DNA of 32,000 bases from Ferroglobus placidus DSM 10642 (GTDB taxonomy: Archaea; Halobacteriota; Archaeoglobi; Archaeoglobales; Archaeoglobaceae): positions 1,170,001-1,202,000 of the forward strand of contig NC_013849.1 of NCBI RefSeq assembly GCF_000025505.1, read 5' to 3'. Below, one piece after another: positions 23,874 through 31,522 of this stretch. How positions within the stretch are numbered: position 1 is the stretch's first letter; each line of letters begins with the position of its first letter. The notes below the pieces were generated by a model. That model was not told the origin of the DNA and made no database searches. It was given only the letters and a program-made list of their open reading frames with translations. The translations under genes were made by a program, and so were the position numbers.

Positions 23874-24386
23874 CTAAGCATTCTCACCACTCAAATCAAA
23901 CTTAAACGAATGGAACCTCAACACCATGCCTATCAAGTAAAGGGATGATGAGAGGTAAAATAAAATCAGGTGCGTTGTTCCTTCAAACGTTGCAAAGTCG
24001 AGAACGAAGAGAGCTATGCCGGCGTGAATCAACGTGCTGGGAAGGTTCTTTCTGATGTAAGCCGTGAGGAGAGCGATGGATAGAGTGGACGAGAATGCCA
24101 GAGCAAAACGGTAATCGAAGCTTGCAAGCAAAAAAGCAACTCCAGCAATAACCAAGCTGCTTGCTGCAACATTTCTTCTGATTTTTCTCAAAGTGCAAAT
24201 CGGAATGAGAACAATCGCCAAAAAGACTATCGGCGAAGAAATTCTGTTCATCATGTCGACGTAGCTCTGATACTCAATCCTCCTCCACTCTTCGGAGTAA
24301 TTCAGCGAGTAATAGACTATTCCGAAAAAGGCTACAGCCGAGAATATCAAAAATATTGCTATCGTAAGCTTCATAAGATCATCCAT
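23874..24386 (-). CDS. 5-TM membrane protein of unknown function, last gene of the hdrCB-WWD operon
   Basis: 170 aa with five hydrophobic helices. Intramembrane His residues occur in LIHAGIALF and TTHLILFY. It overlaps the upstream gene by 8 nt. Confidence 0.6.
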   Translation of the reverse strand: MDDLMKLTIAIFLIFSAVAFFGIVYYSLNYSEEWRRIEYQSYVDMMNRISSPIVFLAIVLIPICTLRKIRRNVAASSLVIAGVAFLLASFDYRFALAFSSTLSIALLTAYIRKNLPSTLIHAGIALFVLDFATFEGTTHLILFYLSSSLYLIGMVLRFHSFKFDLSGENA

Positions 24387-25173
24387 AGCCGTGCACCCCC
24401 GGAAGTAGATAGGTCATTAGGTAAGTTGCCACGAGAGATCCAAAGCCTGCCAAGTTTATTTCCCGGTAGAATTTTCCGCCGATCCTCGCGTGGAGGTATG
24501 CGGTGTAAATTACCCATAGCATTATCGACATCGCTATCTTGGGATCCCACCACCAGTTCTCTCCCCAAGCAATTATCGCCCACGGATAACCGAAAATTAA
24601 GCCGAGGGTTAAGAAGAGGTAGCCGTTTTTAGCGAAATCGTACTCGTTCTTCTTAGCTAAGGAAAGAGCGAAGGAGTGCAGAAGGTAAGCGTAGGCTAAG
24701 AAGAGCAGGGGCGGATGAATCCACATGTAAGGGGAGTTGTAAAAGTAAGCGGCTCTTGCAGCGTAGTAATCAATGTAAGCAGGATTGAAAAGTTCAAGCT
24801 CTCTCCTCAGGTTTGGCAGAGGATTAGAAGGGTTCTGGACGAATATAACGAAGAGAAGCATAATAAGTAAAGCTATTTTCGAAAATTCCTTTCCTTCCCT
24901 AACTTTCAGAAGAAGTACTGCGGAGAGAAAAAACCAGAAGAAGAGCTTTTCGTTTTCTATCCAGAACGGAGGGTAAAACCTGATCACGTAATTTCCGAAG
25001 GCTACGAAGGTTTCCCGCCAGTAGAGGACCTGAACGAAAACGAGATACAAGAAGGAGAAAACCACAGTTCCAACAAAAAACTTCTCGTACTTTTCACGAA
25101 AAATCGAAAGGATCAAGAGGAGAAGGGAGAGAAAGAGAAAAGCGTTCAGCAGTGAAAAAAGCTCGTACGTCAT
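24379..25173 (-). CDS. Heme-handling protein of the CcsA/CcmC/CcmF family (cytochrome c assembly protein, WWD domain)
   Basis: AWGENWWWDPKIAMSIMLWVIYTAYLHAR carries the WWD signature and the distal His. The upstream MWIHPPLLFLAYAYLLH carries the proximal His. About 8 TM helices. ATGA overlap with hdrB. Confidence 0.8.
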   Translation of the reverse strand: MTYELFSLLNAFLFLSLLLLILSIFREKYEKFFVGTVVFSFLYLVFVQVLYWRETFVAFGNYVIRFYPPFWIENEKLFFWFFLSAVLLLKVREGKEFSKIALLIMLLFVIFVQNPSNPLPNLRRELELFNPAYIDYYAARAAYFYNSPYMWIHPPLLFLAYAYLLHSFALSLAKKNEYDFAKNGYLFLTLGLIFGYPWAIIAWGENWWWDPKIAMSIMLWVIYTAYLHARIGGKFYREINLAGFGSLVATYLMTYLLPGVHGYG

Positions 25174-25973
25174 GATTCACCCATCAGCAGCTTTTCGTAC
25201 AGCTCCTGAGTAATTATTTCGTGAGCTTCCAATCCCGCTTCATCAACATCCATTCCCATCGCTATAGCCAAAAGCTGCGCGTAGTGAATTGCTGGAATTC
25301 CAAAGAATTTTCCTTCTTTTTCGAGTTCTTTTTGCCCAGTGTCGAACTGAAAGAGGCAGAGGGGACATATGACAACTATCGCATCGACCTCAGCTTCTTT
25401 AACTCCTTCAAGCTTCATCTCCAGAAGCTCTCTCGCAACTTCCGTTGCGGCAGCTCTAACTCCCCCTCCTCCACCGCAGCACATGTATTTCGTTCTGTAA
25501 TCTACGCTTTCAGCACCTACAGCTTTGATCAGCTCGTCGAGAATCTTCGGTCTTTCTGCAGAATCAATTCCCTTCTTTTCAGCCGGTCTGAAGAAGTGAC
25601 AGCCGTAGTGGGCTGCCAGCCTTAAGTTAAGCTTCTTAGAAATTTTCTTCCTTATTTCTTCAACTCCCACGTCTCTGTAAAGAAATTCGGCGAAATGTCT
25701 AACATCCTTCCCGATCTCGTTTCCAACTTCGAGAAGAGTCGTGAAGCATCCGTTGCAAGCGGTCATTATCGTTTCGTCGCTTAAGTTCAAGTTTCTCTCC
25801 GCCACTTCCCTCCACATTTCTTCGCTCACGGATTTCGTAATCGCCGGAGCTGGGCAGCAAGAAGACCCTTCGAGAGGAGATATTTCAATGCCGAGAACGC
25901 TGAAAACGTAGTATACGCTTTTCTCGATCCCCGGATACCTGTTGTGGATCATGCAGCCGGGGAAGAACTTCAT
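25170..25973 (-). CDS. hdrB: Heterodisulfide reductase subunit B-like protein (two CCG domains)
   Basis: MKFFPGC...SSCCPAPA...CNGC and HYGCHF...MCCGGGGG...CPLC. ATGA overlaps on both sides. Confidence 0.85.
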   Translation of the reverse strand: MKFFPGCMIHNRYPGIEKSVYYVFSVLGIEISPLEGSSCCPAPAITKSVSEEMWREVAERNLNLSDETIMTACNGCFTTLLEVGNEIGKDVRHFAEFLYRDVGVEEIRKKISKKLNLRLAAHYGCHFFRPAEKKGIDSAERPKILDELIKAVGAESVDYRTKYMCCGGGGGVRAAATEVARELLEMKLEGVKEAEVDAIVVICPLCLFQFDTGQKELEKEGKFFGIPAIHYAQLLAIAMGMDVDEAGLEAHEIITQELYEKLLMGES

Positions 25974-26401
25974 CTCACAACACTCCCCAAGTGCTTTTCA
26001 ACAATTCTCCTAACTTCTTCTCTCGCTTTCTCATCGAACTGGGCATGGTATATCGGCAATCCGAGCTTTCTTCTCAGCTCCACATGTTCTTCTCTTGCCG
26101 GAACCAAAGCAGCTTTGTTCATCAAAAACGTGAAAGCGTTACTCAACCTTCCGGGCAAACCTTTATTTTTCACGAGAGTTCTCCTCGCTTCTATTAATGT
26201 GTCGGTAATTTCTATTCCCCGAGGACACCTTTCCTGACAAGCGTAGCACGTTACGCAGAACCAGATCTCGTCTCTCTCCTCAACCTTTTTTCCCGAAGAG
26301 ATAAAATCTGCTATTATCCTTCTCGTGTTTAAAGCGGTTATTCTTCCAGACGGACAGCTTGCTATGCAGGTTCCGCACTGAATGCACGAATTCAAGTTCA
26401 T
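25970..26401 (-). CDS. hdrC: Heterodisulfide reductase subunit C-like protein (2x[4Fe-4S])
   Basis: CIQCGTCIASCP and CVTCYACQERCP. I prefer the ATG at 26401, preceded by AGGAAGG. The track start, TTG at 26461, would remove the promoter space. Confidence 0.8.
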   Translation of the reverse strand: MNLNSCIQCGTCIASCPSGRITALNTRRIIADFISSGKKVEERDEIWFCVTCYACQERCPRGIEITDTLIEARRTLVKNKGLPGRLSNAFTFLMNKAALVPAREEHVELRRKLGLPIYHAQFDEKAREEVRRIVEKHLGSVVR

Positions 26402-26447
26402 CCTTCCTAATTTCCTCAGCCCACTATTAAACTGTATCGAGAAAGTG

Positions 26448-26456
26448 TTAAATAAA
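26448..26456. promoter_or_regulatory. A/T box TTAAATAAA in the hdrC/nmd3 divergent spacer
   Basis: Lies 26-34 nt upstream of the nmd3 ATG at 26482 (leaderless spacing). It lies 47-55 nt upstream of the hdrC ATG at 26401, which has an SD-like AGGAAGG. Confidence 0.4.
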
Positions 26457-26481
26457 CTCAAACATCAACGTTATAATTCGG

Positions 26482-27456
26482 ATGAAGTGCGCGGTTTGCG
26501 GAAGAGATAGCAAGTATTCAATATGCGGAAGGTGTTTGGCGAGGAGGGAGAAGATAATAAGCTATCCGGAGGTAGTTGAGATTATCCTATGCCCGAGGTG
26601 CGGTAGGTACAAGTTCTCCGGAAGCTGGAATGAGATCAGTTTTGAGGAAGCACTGGATAAAGCTATAGAAAGTTCGTTTTTCGTACACCCGGAATTGAAC
26701 GTTAAAGATTTCGAGTTAAGCGGTGACGGTCACTTTTACAGATTCAAGATTAAAGGAGTTCTCAGAGAAGATTACGTTGAGGAGGAAGGGTTCTTTAAGG
26801 TTAGAGTTAAAAGGGAAGGCTGCCAGAAGTGCAGCAGAGAGGCTGGAGGTTATTACGAAGCCATAATTCAGCTCAGAGCGAAAAACAGAAAGATTCTCGA
26901 CGAGGAAGTCGACAGGGTTGTGAAGATCGTTGAAGAGGAAATAAATGCATCGGGCAGCGAGAAAAGCTTTCTGACGAAGATAGTGGAGAGGAGGGAAGGA
27001 GTGGACTTCTACATAGGAGATTCGAAACTCGCCAAAAAGATTGCGAAAAGGGTCGTCAGAGAGTTCGGAGCCGAGTTTAAGGAGAGCGCTAAAATCGCTG
27101 GAAGAAAAGACGGCGTCGACTTTTACAGAATGACCTACCTCGTGAGACTGCCCGAACACTTCCCGGGAGACGTCGTCATTGCTAAGGGAAGAATAGCAGT
27201 CGCTAAGATTAACAAAGCCTACGATCTGATGACAGGCAACACCGTTCCCCTCGAAGGTGCTAAAGTCGTTGTTAGAAAGGAAGATCTGAAAAGTGGCTAC
27301 GTTATCAACAAGGACGATTCCGCTTTGGAGATATTCTCTGAGGACAGAGTTTACGTTGCCGAGAAGCCGGAATACGAAGTGAATGTCGGTGAAGAAGTTT
27401 TTCTTGCCGTAATCGATGAAAAAGCATACGCTATCCCGAAGTGGATGGTAGAATGA
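26482..27456 (+). CDS. nmd3: NMD3-family protein (archaeal homologue of the 60S subunit export/biogenesis factor)
   Basis: N-terminal Cys pairs CAVCG...CGRC...CPRCG. GCQKCSREAGGYYEAIIQLRA is typical of the NMD3 N-domain. Confidence 0.8.
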   Translation: MKCAVCGRDSKYSICGRCLARREKIISYPEVVEIILCPRCGRYKFSGSWNEISFEEALDKAIESSFFVHPELNVKDFELSGDGHFYRFKIKGVLREDYVEEEGFFKVRVKREGCQKCSREAGGYYEAIIQLRAKNRKILDEEVDRVVKIVEEEINASGSEKSFLTKIVERREGVDFYIGDSKLAKKIAKRVVREFGAEFKESAKIAGRKDGVDFYRMTYLVRLPEHFPGDVVIAKGRIAVAKINKAYDLMTGNTVPLEGAKVVVRKEDLKSGYVINKDDSALEIFSEDRVYVAEKPEYEVNVGEEVFLAVIDEKAYAIPKWMVE

Positions 27457-28448
27457 AGGTGGTAAAGGTTCCGAAGGTTAAAGCCGAAGAGGTTAGAAAG
27501 TTCGCCGAAAAAATAGGTGCGAAGGATAAGCGAAGGCTCATAACCTTCGACGGCAGCTTCGTTTACATACCCATTTACGACGGTTTCGAAGAACATTTTT
27601 CCGGGTTTGAAGTAATCGAAGACGAAAATCCGGTTTTCGCCAAGAAATACGACGTAAAGAAGTTAGCCAGAGAAAAATTCTCGGAAGAAATTTCGAAAGG
27701 CATAGTTTCCTTTAAAATTCTCGGAGACCTGGCAATAGTAAAGCTGGAGGGGAAAGCAAGAGAATTCGGAGAAAAAATCGGCGAACTAATTCTCGAAACT
27801 TTTCCGAGGCTGAAAGCTGTTTGGTGCGACGAGGGAAAAGAGGGGATGGAACGTAAGCCCAAAATGAGGCTCTTAGCCGGAAAGGGTAGCGTCACGGTAC
27901 ACAAAGAGCACGATTGTCTCTTCAAAGTCGACGTGACAAAAGTTATGTACAGCCTCGGGAACCAATACGAAAAGCTGAGGGTTGCAAATCTCGTAAAAGA
28001 GGGAGAAATCGTTCTCGACATGTTTGCCGGGATCGGCTACTTCACGATTCCAATAGCAAATCATTCGAGGGCTGAAAAAATCTACGCCTTCGAAATAAAC
28101 TTCGACGCCTACAAGCTTCTCCTCGAAAATCTGAGACTGAACAAGATTAGGAACGTTGTCGCCGCAAACATAGACTCCCGCTTCACTCCAGAGAGCTTCG
28201 CAGACAGAGTAGTCATGGGGCACATATTTGCCGAAGATTTTATTGAAGTGGCTGTAAAAGCTTTGAATCGCGAGGGATACATTCACTACCACGAAAGCGT
28301 TCCGGAAAAAATAATAGAGAGACCGATAAAGAGAATCGAGGCTGTTTGCAAAAAATTCAACAAAGAGGTTAGAATTTTGGGAATGAGGAAGGTCAAGAAT
28401 TACTCGCCCGGAGTCGTCCACGTCGTGGTCGATGCTTATGTGCGCTGA
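27453..28448 (+). CDS. trm5: tRNA (guanine37-N1)-methyltransferase, Trm5/Taw2 (Met-10+) family
   Basis: SAM motif VLDMFAGIGYFTIPIA, NIDSR, ADRVVMGH, IHYHESVPEK and YSPGVVHVVVD, closely resembling archaeal Trm5 as recalled. The ATG at 27453 forms an ATGA overlap with the nmd3 stop. Confidence 0.8.
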   Translation: MKVVKVPKVKAEEVRKFAEKIGAKDKRRLITFDGSFVYIPIYDGFEEHFSGFEVIEDENPVFAKKYDVKKLAREKFSEEISKGIVSFKILGDLAIVKLEGKAREFGEKIGELILETFPRLKAVWCDEGKEGMERKPKMRLLAGKGSVTVHKEHDCLFKVDVTKVMYSLGNQYEKLRVANLVKEGEIVLDMFAGIGYFTIPIANHSRAEKIYAFEINFDAYKLLLENLRLNKIRNVVAANIDSRFTPESFADRVVMGHIFAEDFIEVAVKALNREGYIHYHESVPEKIIERPIKRIEAVCKKFNKEVRILGMRKVKNYSPGVVHVVVDAYVR

Positions 28449-29343
28449 CCTCGCGATAAGCTTGAAGGATAAAAGATTGAAAATCTATGAACTTCTAAGA
28501 AAAGGTTACAGCGGAGAAAGAATAGCCAAGACTCTCGGAATAAGCAGAAGTGCCGTCTGGAAGTTCGTAGAGAAGTTGAGAAGCCTCGGTTACGAGATAG
28601 ATAGGAACTACAACATTCTCTCCATTCCAGACCCATCTCCTTTGGATGCAGCCCTATGCTCGAAGAAGCTCGGGGTCGAGAAGTTTCTGTACTTCGAAGA
28701 GGTGGATTCGACGAACAACGTTGCCAAGAAAGAAGAAAGAAGCTGCGTTCTTGCTAAGAGGCAAACCGCTGGGAGGGGAAGGCTTGGGAGGAAGTGGGAA
28801 AGCGAAGAAGGTGGACTCTACTTTTCTTTCGAATTTCCGAGAAAAGTCCCGGCTGTTAAAGCTCATAGAGTCACGATTCTCACCGGACTTGTCGTTGCTA
28901 AAACTTTAGAGAAATTCAACGCGAAAATAAAGTGGCCCAACGACATTTTGATAGATGGAAAAAAAGTATCTGGAATTTTATGCGAACTCGTCGGAGAGGA
29001 GCTTTCCTCGAGGGTGATCGTAGGCGTCGGGATAAACGTTAAGAACGAGCTCCCCGAAGAGTTGAAAGATAGAGCGACGACGCTGAAAAATTACAACGTG
29101 AGCATAACGGAAATTTTCTGTTCTTTCGCAAACAACTTCGCCGAGGTCTTAAACCTCGAGTGGAGTAAAATTCTCGAAAAGTGGAGGCAATTGCTCGATA
29201 CGATAGGGAAAGAGGTCGAAGTTAGAGCTGGTAGCGAGGTTTACAGAGGAATCGCTCTGGACGTGGACGATGAAGGAGCTTTAATCGTTAAATGCGGAGA
29301 CGAACTCGAGAGGGTCTTCAGCGGGGAGTGCTTTTACATGTGA
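28432..29343 (+). CDS. birA: Biotin--[acetyl-CoA-carboxylase] ligase / biotin operon repressor BirA
   Basis: N-terminal HTH (ERIAKTLGISRSAVWKFVEKLRSLGY), the GRGRLGRKWES biotin-binding loop, and KWPNDILIDGKKVSGILCE. Confidence 0.9.
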   Translation: MLMCADLAISLKDKRLKIYELLRKGYSGERIAKTLGISRSAVWKFVEKLRSLGYEIDRNYNILSIPDPSPLDAALCSKKLGVEKFLYFEEVDSTNNVAKKEERSCVLAKRQTAGRGRLGRKWESEEGGLYFSFEFPRKVPAVKAHRVTILTGLVVAKTLEKFNAKIKWPNDILIDGKKVSGILCELVGEELSSRVIVGVGINVKNELPEELKDRATTLKNYNVSITEIFCSFANNFAEVLNLEWSKILEKWRQLLDTIGKEVEVRAGSEVYRGIALDVDDEGALIVKCGDELERVFSGECFYM

Positions 29344-29379
29344 TAACTTTAAATAGTATTTCGTGAAGAGAGTTATTCG

Positions 29380-29757
29380 GTGAGTGTCATGGGACTCATC
29401 GACAAAATATTCGGCGGGAAACAGGAAGCCGTAAGCGTAGAAGAATACGAGGAGCTCGATCTGAGTGAATACGAAGCTGAGCTTACAGAAGGGGAAACGT
29501 ACATAAGAGTGGTGGAAGTTACCGGTTTAAACGAGGTTCCGGAGATAAGGAGGCAAGTTTACGATGGAAACATAGTTATAGCGGAGATTACCTTCATAAA
29601 GCACGACAAACTAACTCTGGACAGGATAATAAAAGATCTGAGACAGCTTGCGGAAGATGTGGGAGGAGACATAGTCGGGCTCGGAGAGGATTACATCATC
29701 GTAACGCCTCTCGGAATTAAAATTGACAGAAACAAGATTAGGGGAATTAGATCATGA
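29380..29757 (+). CDS. sepF: Cell division protein SepF homologue (DUF552)
   Basis: About 120 aa. The core is YIRVVEVTGLNEVPEIRRQVYDGNIVIAEITFIKHD...IKDLRQLAEDVGGDIVGLGEDYIIVTP. TATA box CTTTAAATAG at 29347-29356. Start is GTG at 29380 or ATG at 29389. Confidence 0.75.
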   Translation: MSVMGLIDKIFGGKQEAVSVEEYEELDLSEYEAELTEGETYIRVVEVTGLNEVPEIRRQVYDGNIVIAEITFIKHDKLTLDRIIKDLRQLAEDVGGDIVGLGEDYIIVTPLGIKIDRNKIRGIRS

Positions 29758-30341
29758 ACTGTCCGAAGTGCGGAGAAGAATTAAATTTACTGACGGCTTT
29801 TTACGACGCTCCATACGCTGGAAGAATTCTGATTACCACGATCTCTTGCAGCTGCGGTTTTAAGCATTCGGACGTTTTCATAGGAGAGTTCAAAGACCCC
29901 GTGAGATTTACTTTGAAAGTCGACAAGAGCAACCTCTTCGCCAAAGTCGTTAGATCAGCTTCCGGCACTATCAGAATTCCGGAACTCGGCTTGGCTATGG
30001 AACCTGGTCCAGCGAGTCAGGGATTTATAACGAACGTTGAAGGAGTTCTGATGAGGTTCGAAGATGTTGTAGAAATGGCTAAGAGGTGGAACAGCGATGA
30101 CGAAGAGAAGGTAAGGATCTGCGAAGAAATCTTAGAAAAACTCAAAGCGGTTAGAGAAGGGGAAGAATCCGTTACGCTGATAGTAGAAGATCCATTCGGC
30201 AACAGTACGATAATAAGCGACGAAGTTTTTATGGAAAAGCTCAGTCAGGAGGAGGCTTCAAAGCTCAAAACCGGATTGACAATAGTCGATATCGTTGGAG
30301 AAGAAGAGTTGATGAGCTTGAAGGAGAATTTGGAAGAGTAA
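29754..30341 (+). CDS. zpr1: ZPR1-type zinc-finger protein (archaeal single-domain form)
   Basis: CPKCGEE...ISCSCGF zinc ribbon, followed by the ZPR1 beta-rich domain (VVRSASGTIRIPELGL). ATGA overlap with sepF. Confidence 0.75.
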   Translation: MNCPKCGEELNLLTAFYDAPYAGRILITTISCSCGFKHSDVFIGEFKDPVRFTLKVDKSNLFAKVVRSASGTIRIPELGLAMEPGPASQGFITNVEGVLMRFEDVVEMAKRWNSDDEEKVRICEEILEKLKAVREGEESVTLIVEDPFGNSTIISDEVFMEKLSQEEASKLKTGLTIVDIVGEEELMSLKENLEE

Positions 30342-30935
30342 AAGCTCGGATTTGTGTTGCTTTGAAGCTTCGACATTCCCCTATTTTAACGACTATACTA
30401 TTTCGTAAAGGCTATGTAATTAGTCTGGCGTTGGCGTTGTTCCGAAGAGAGCAAATCCAATGGTTTTCTCAAACATATCTAATGCTGCTCCCTCTCTTTG
30501 GAAGCCATGATGATGTTTCTGGATTTGAACCAGAAGAAGGAGTACCAGACTGAAAAAGTTATAGAGAAAGGTATGTGCGCCGGTTCGATGATTCTGGTAC
30601 AGGTAGAGTTTATAGAAGCTGGGATTGAAGTACAGGCATGAGACTTTTATAAATACGGAGGTGTTATCTTGACGATCCCACTCTCAACGACGCAACTTGA
30701 TATAGTTTCGAAAGTTTGGGTAGAGATTCCAAACAGCTGGAAAGAATTTATTGAGAAAGCAATGAAATTACGTGACTAAGAAAAAAGATTGGCTTTTTCG
30801 TTTGACAGGGGGTAGGAGCCATGTTGCTATTTTTTGGAGATTGTGCTCCATATTCCTGCGACTGCATTAGAGATCTAATCAGAGAAGATTTGAAAAAGAG
30901 GGGTTGCGAGGTTGTTAAAGATGCGTTCTAAGTTG

Positions 30936-31298
30936 CTATACCTCTTCAAGCTTAATCCTCTCTATTCCCACTTTGTCATAGGAAGAGTCGGAGCTAATTA
31001 TCTTTCCCCCACAGTAGGCAGCATGAAAGGCGTCGAAGACTCCGAGACCGTAGTCTCTGATAAATATTGCCGCCTTAAGCAGTCTTTCATCGTCTATTCC
31101 GCACAGTGTCATGACGCTCGTGAATATTCTCACGACGTCGAGACCGTATCTTTTGGCGATGAGGGCAAGCTCAATAAAAGTGATAGCGGATGTCGTTATC
31201 TGCCCCTCATACTCTTTCAAAAGTCTTTTCGCTCTCTCCTTCAGCCAGTCTTTCTCCTTGAGAAGGGCGAGAAAGAAATCCGTATCGGCGTAGATCAT
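30936..31298 (-). CDS. vapC: PIN-domain ribonuclease toxin VapC
   Basis: MIYADTDFFLAL is the N-terminal acidic PIN motif. Later acidic residues occur in ITFIELA, VFDAFH and SSD. 120 aa. ATGA overlap with the upstream antitoxin. Confidence 0.85.
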   Translation of the reverse strand: MIYADTDFFLALLKEKDWLKERAKRLLKEYEGQITTSAITFIELALIAKRYGLDVVRIFTSVMTLCGIDDERLLKAAIFIRDYGLGVFDAFHAAYCGGKIISSDSSYDKVGIERIKLEEV

Positions 31299-31522
31299 TC
31301 AATCTCCTCCATCGCTTCCTCTACTATCTCCCTTCTAAGATCCTCAATCGACTTTGATGGTAACTTTTTACCCTCCTTTTCAAGTTCTTTAATTGGATCC
31401 GCAGGCTTCGGTATCAGCAGAATGCCGTCCTTGACCTCAACAACGAAGACCTCTTTGCCTATCCTACTTCTGACACTCTTCGGCAAATACACCCTCCCTC
31501 TTTCATCAACTTTAGCCCACAT
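31295..31522 (-). CDS. vapB: AbrB/SpoVT-family antitoxin VapB
   Basis: MWAKVDERGRVYLPKSVRSRIG is the swapped-hairpin AbrB motif. I prefer the ATG at 31522. The upstream 13 codons of the track ORF are A/T-rich and contain a TATA-like CTTATATTTT (31543-31552) 21-30 nt from that ATG. Confidence 0.8.
   Translation of the reverse strand: MWAKVDERGRVYLPKSVRSRIGKEVFVVEVKDGILLIPKPADPIKELEKEGKKLPSKSIEDLRREIVEEAMEEIE

Noticed and set aside
23702-23890. 62-aa minus-strand ORF in the 23.4-23.9 kb gap.
   Set aside because: It is antisense to the DUF104-like stub. It has no RBS or promoter spacing, and its product is odd in composition. It may be spurious. I kept the region as a finding instead.
24371-24976. 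ORFs 24371-24583, 24426-24632 and 24785-24976, overlapping the WWD-protein gene.
   Set aside because: These are alternative-frame or antisense readings of a polytopic membrane gene that carries a diagnostic WWD motif.
25221-26237. Plus-strand ORFs opposite hdrB/hdrC (25221-25625, 25944-26237, 25991-26197).
   Set aside because: They lie opposite genes with complete Fe-S and CCG motif sets, and they have no motifs of their own.
26716-28421. Minus-strand ORFs opposite nmd3/trm5 (26716-27159, 27351-27596, 27575-28021, 27873-28421).
   Set aside because: They are shadow ORFs. The sense genes have clear family signatures and overlapping start/stop coupling.
28436-28909. Small ORFs within birA (28436-28636, 28646-28909, 28654-28866).
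   Set aside because: They lie inside a gene with the diagnostic GRGRxGRxW and KWPNDIL motifs. Their products are Arg/Ser/Leu-rich.
30362-30553. 63-aa TTG-initiated ORF after zpr1.
   Set aside because: It has no RBS or TATA spacing, a hydrophobic low-complexity product, and no motif. I treated it as part of the mini-ORF region finding rather than as a gene.
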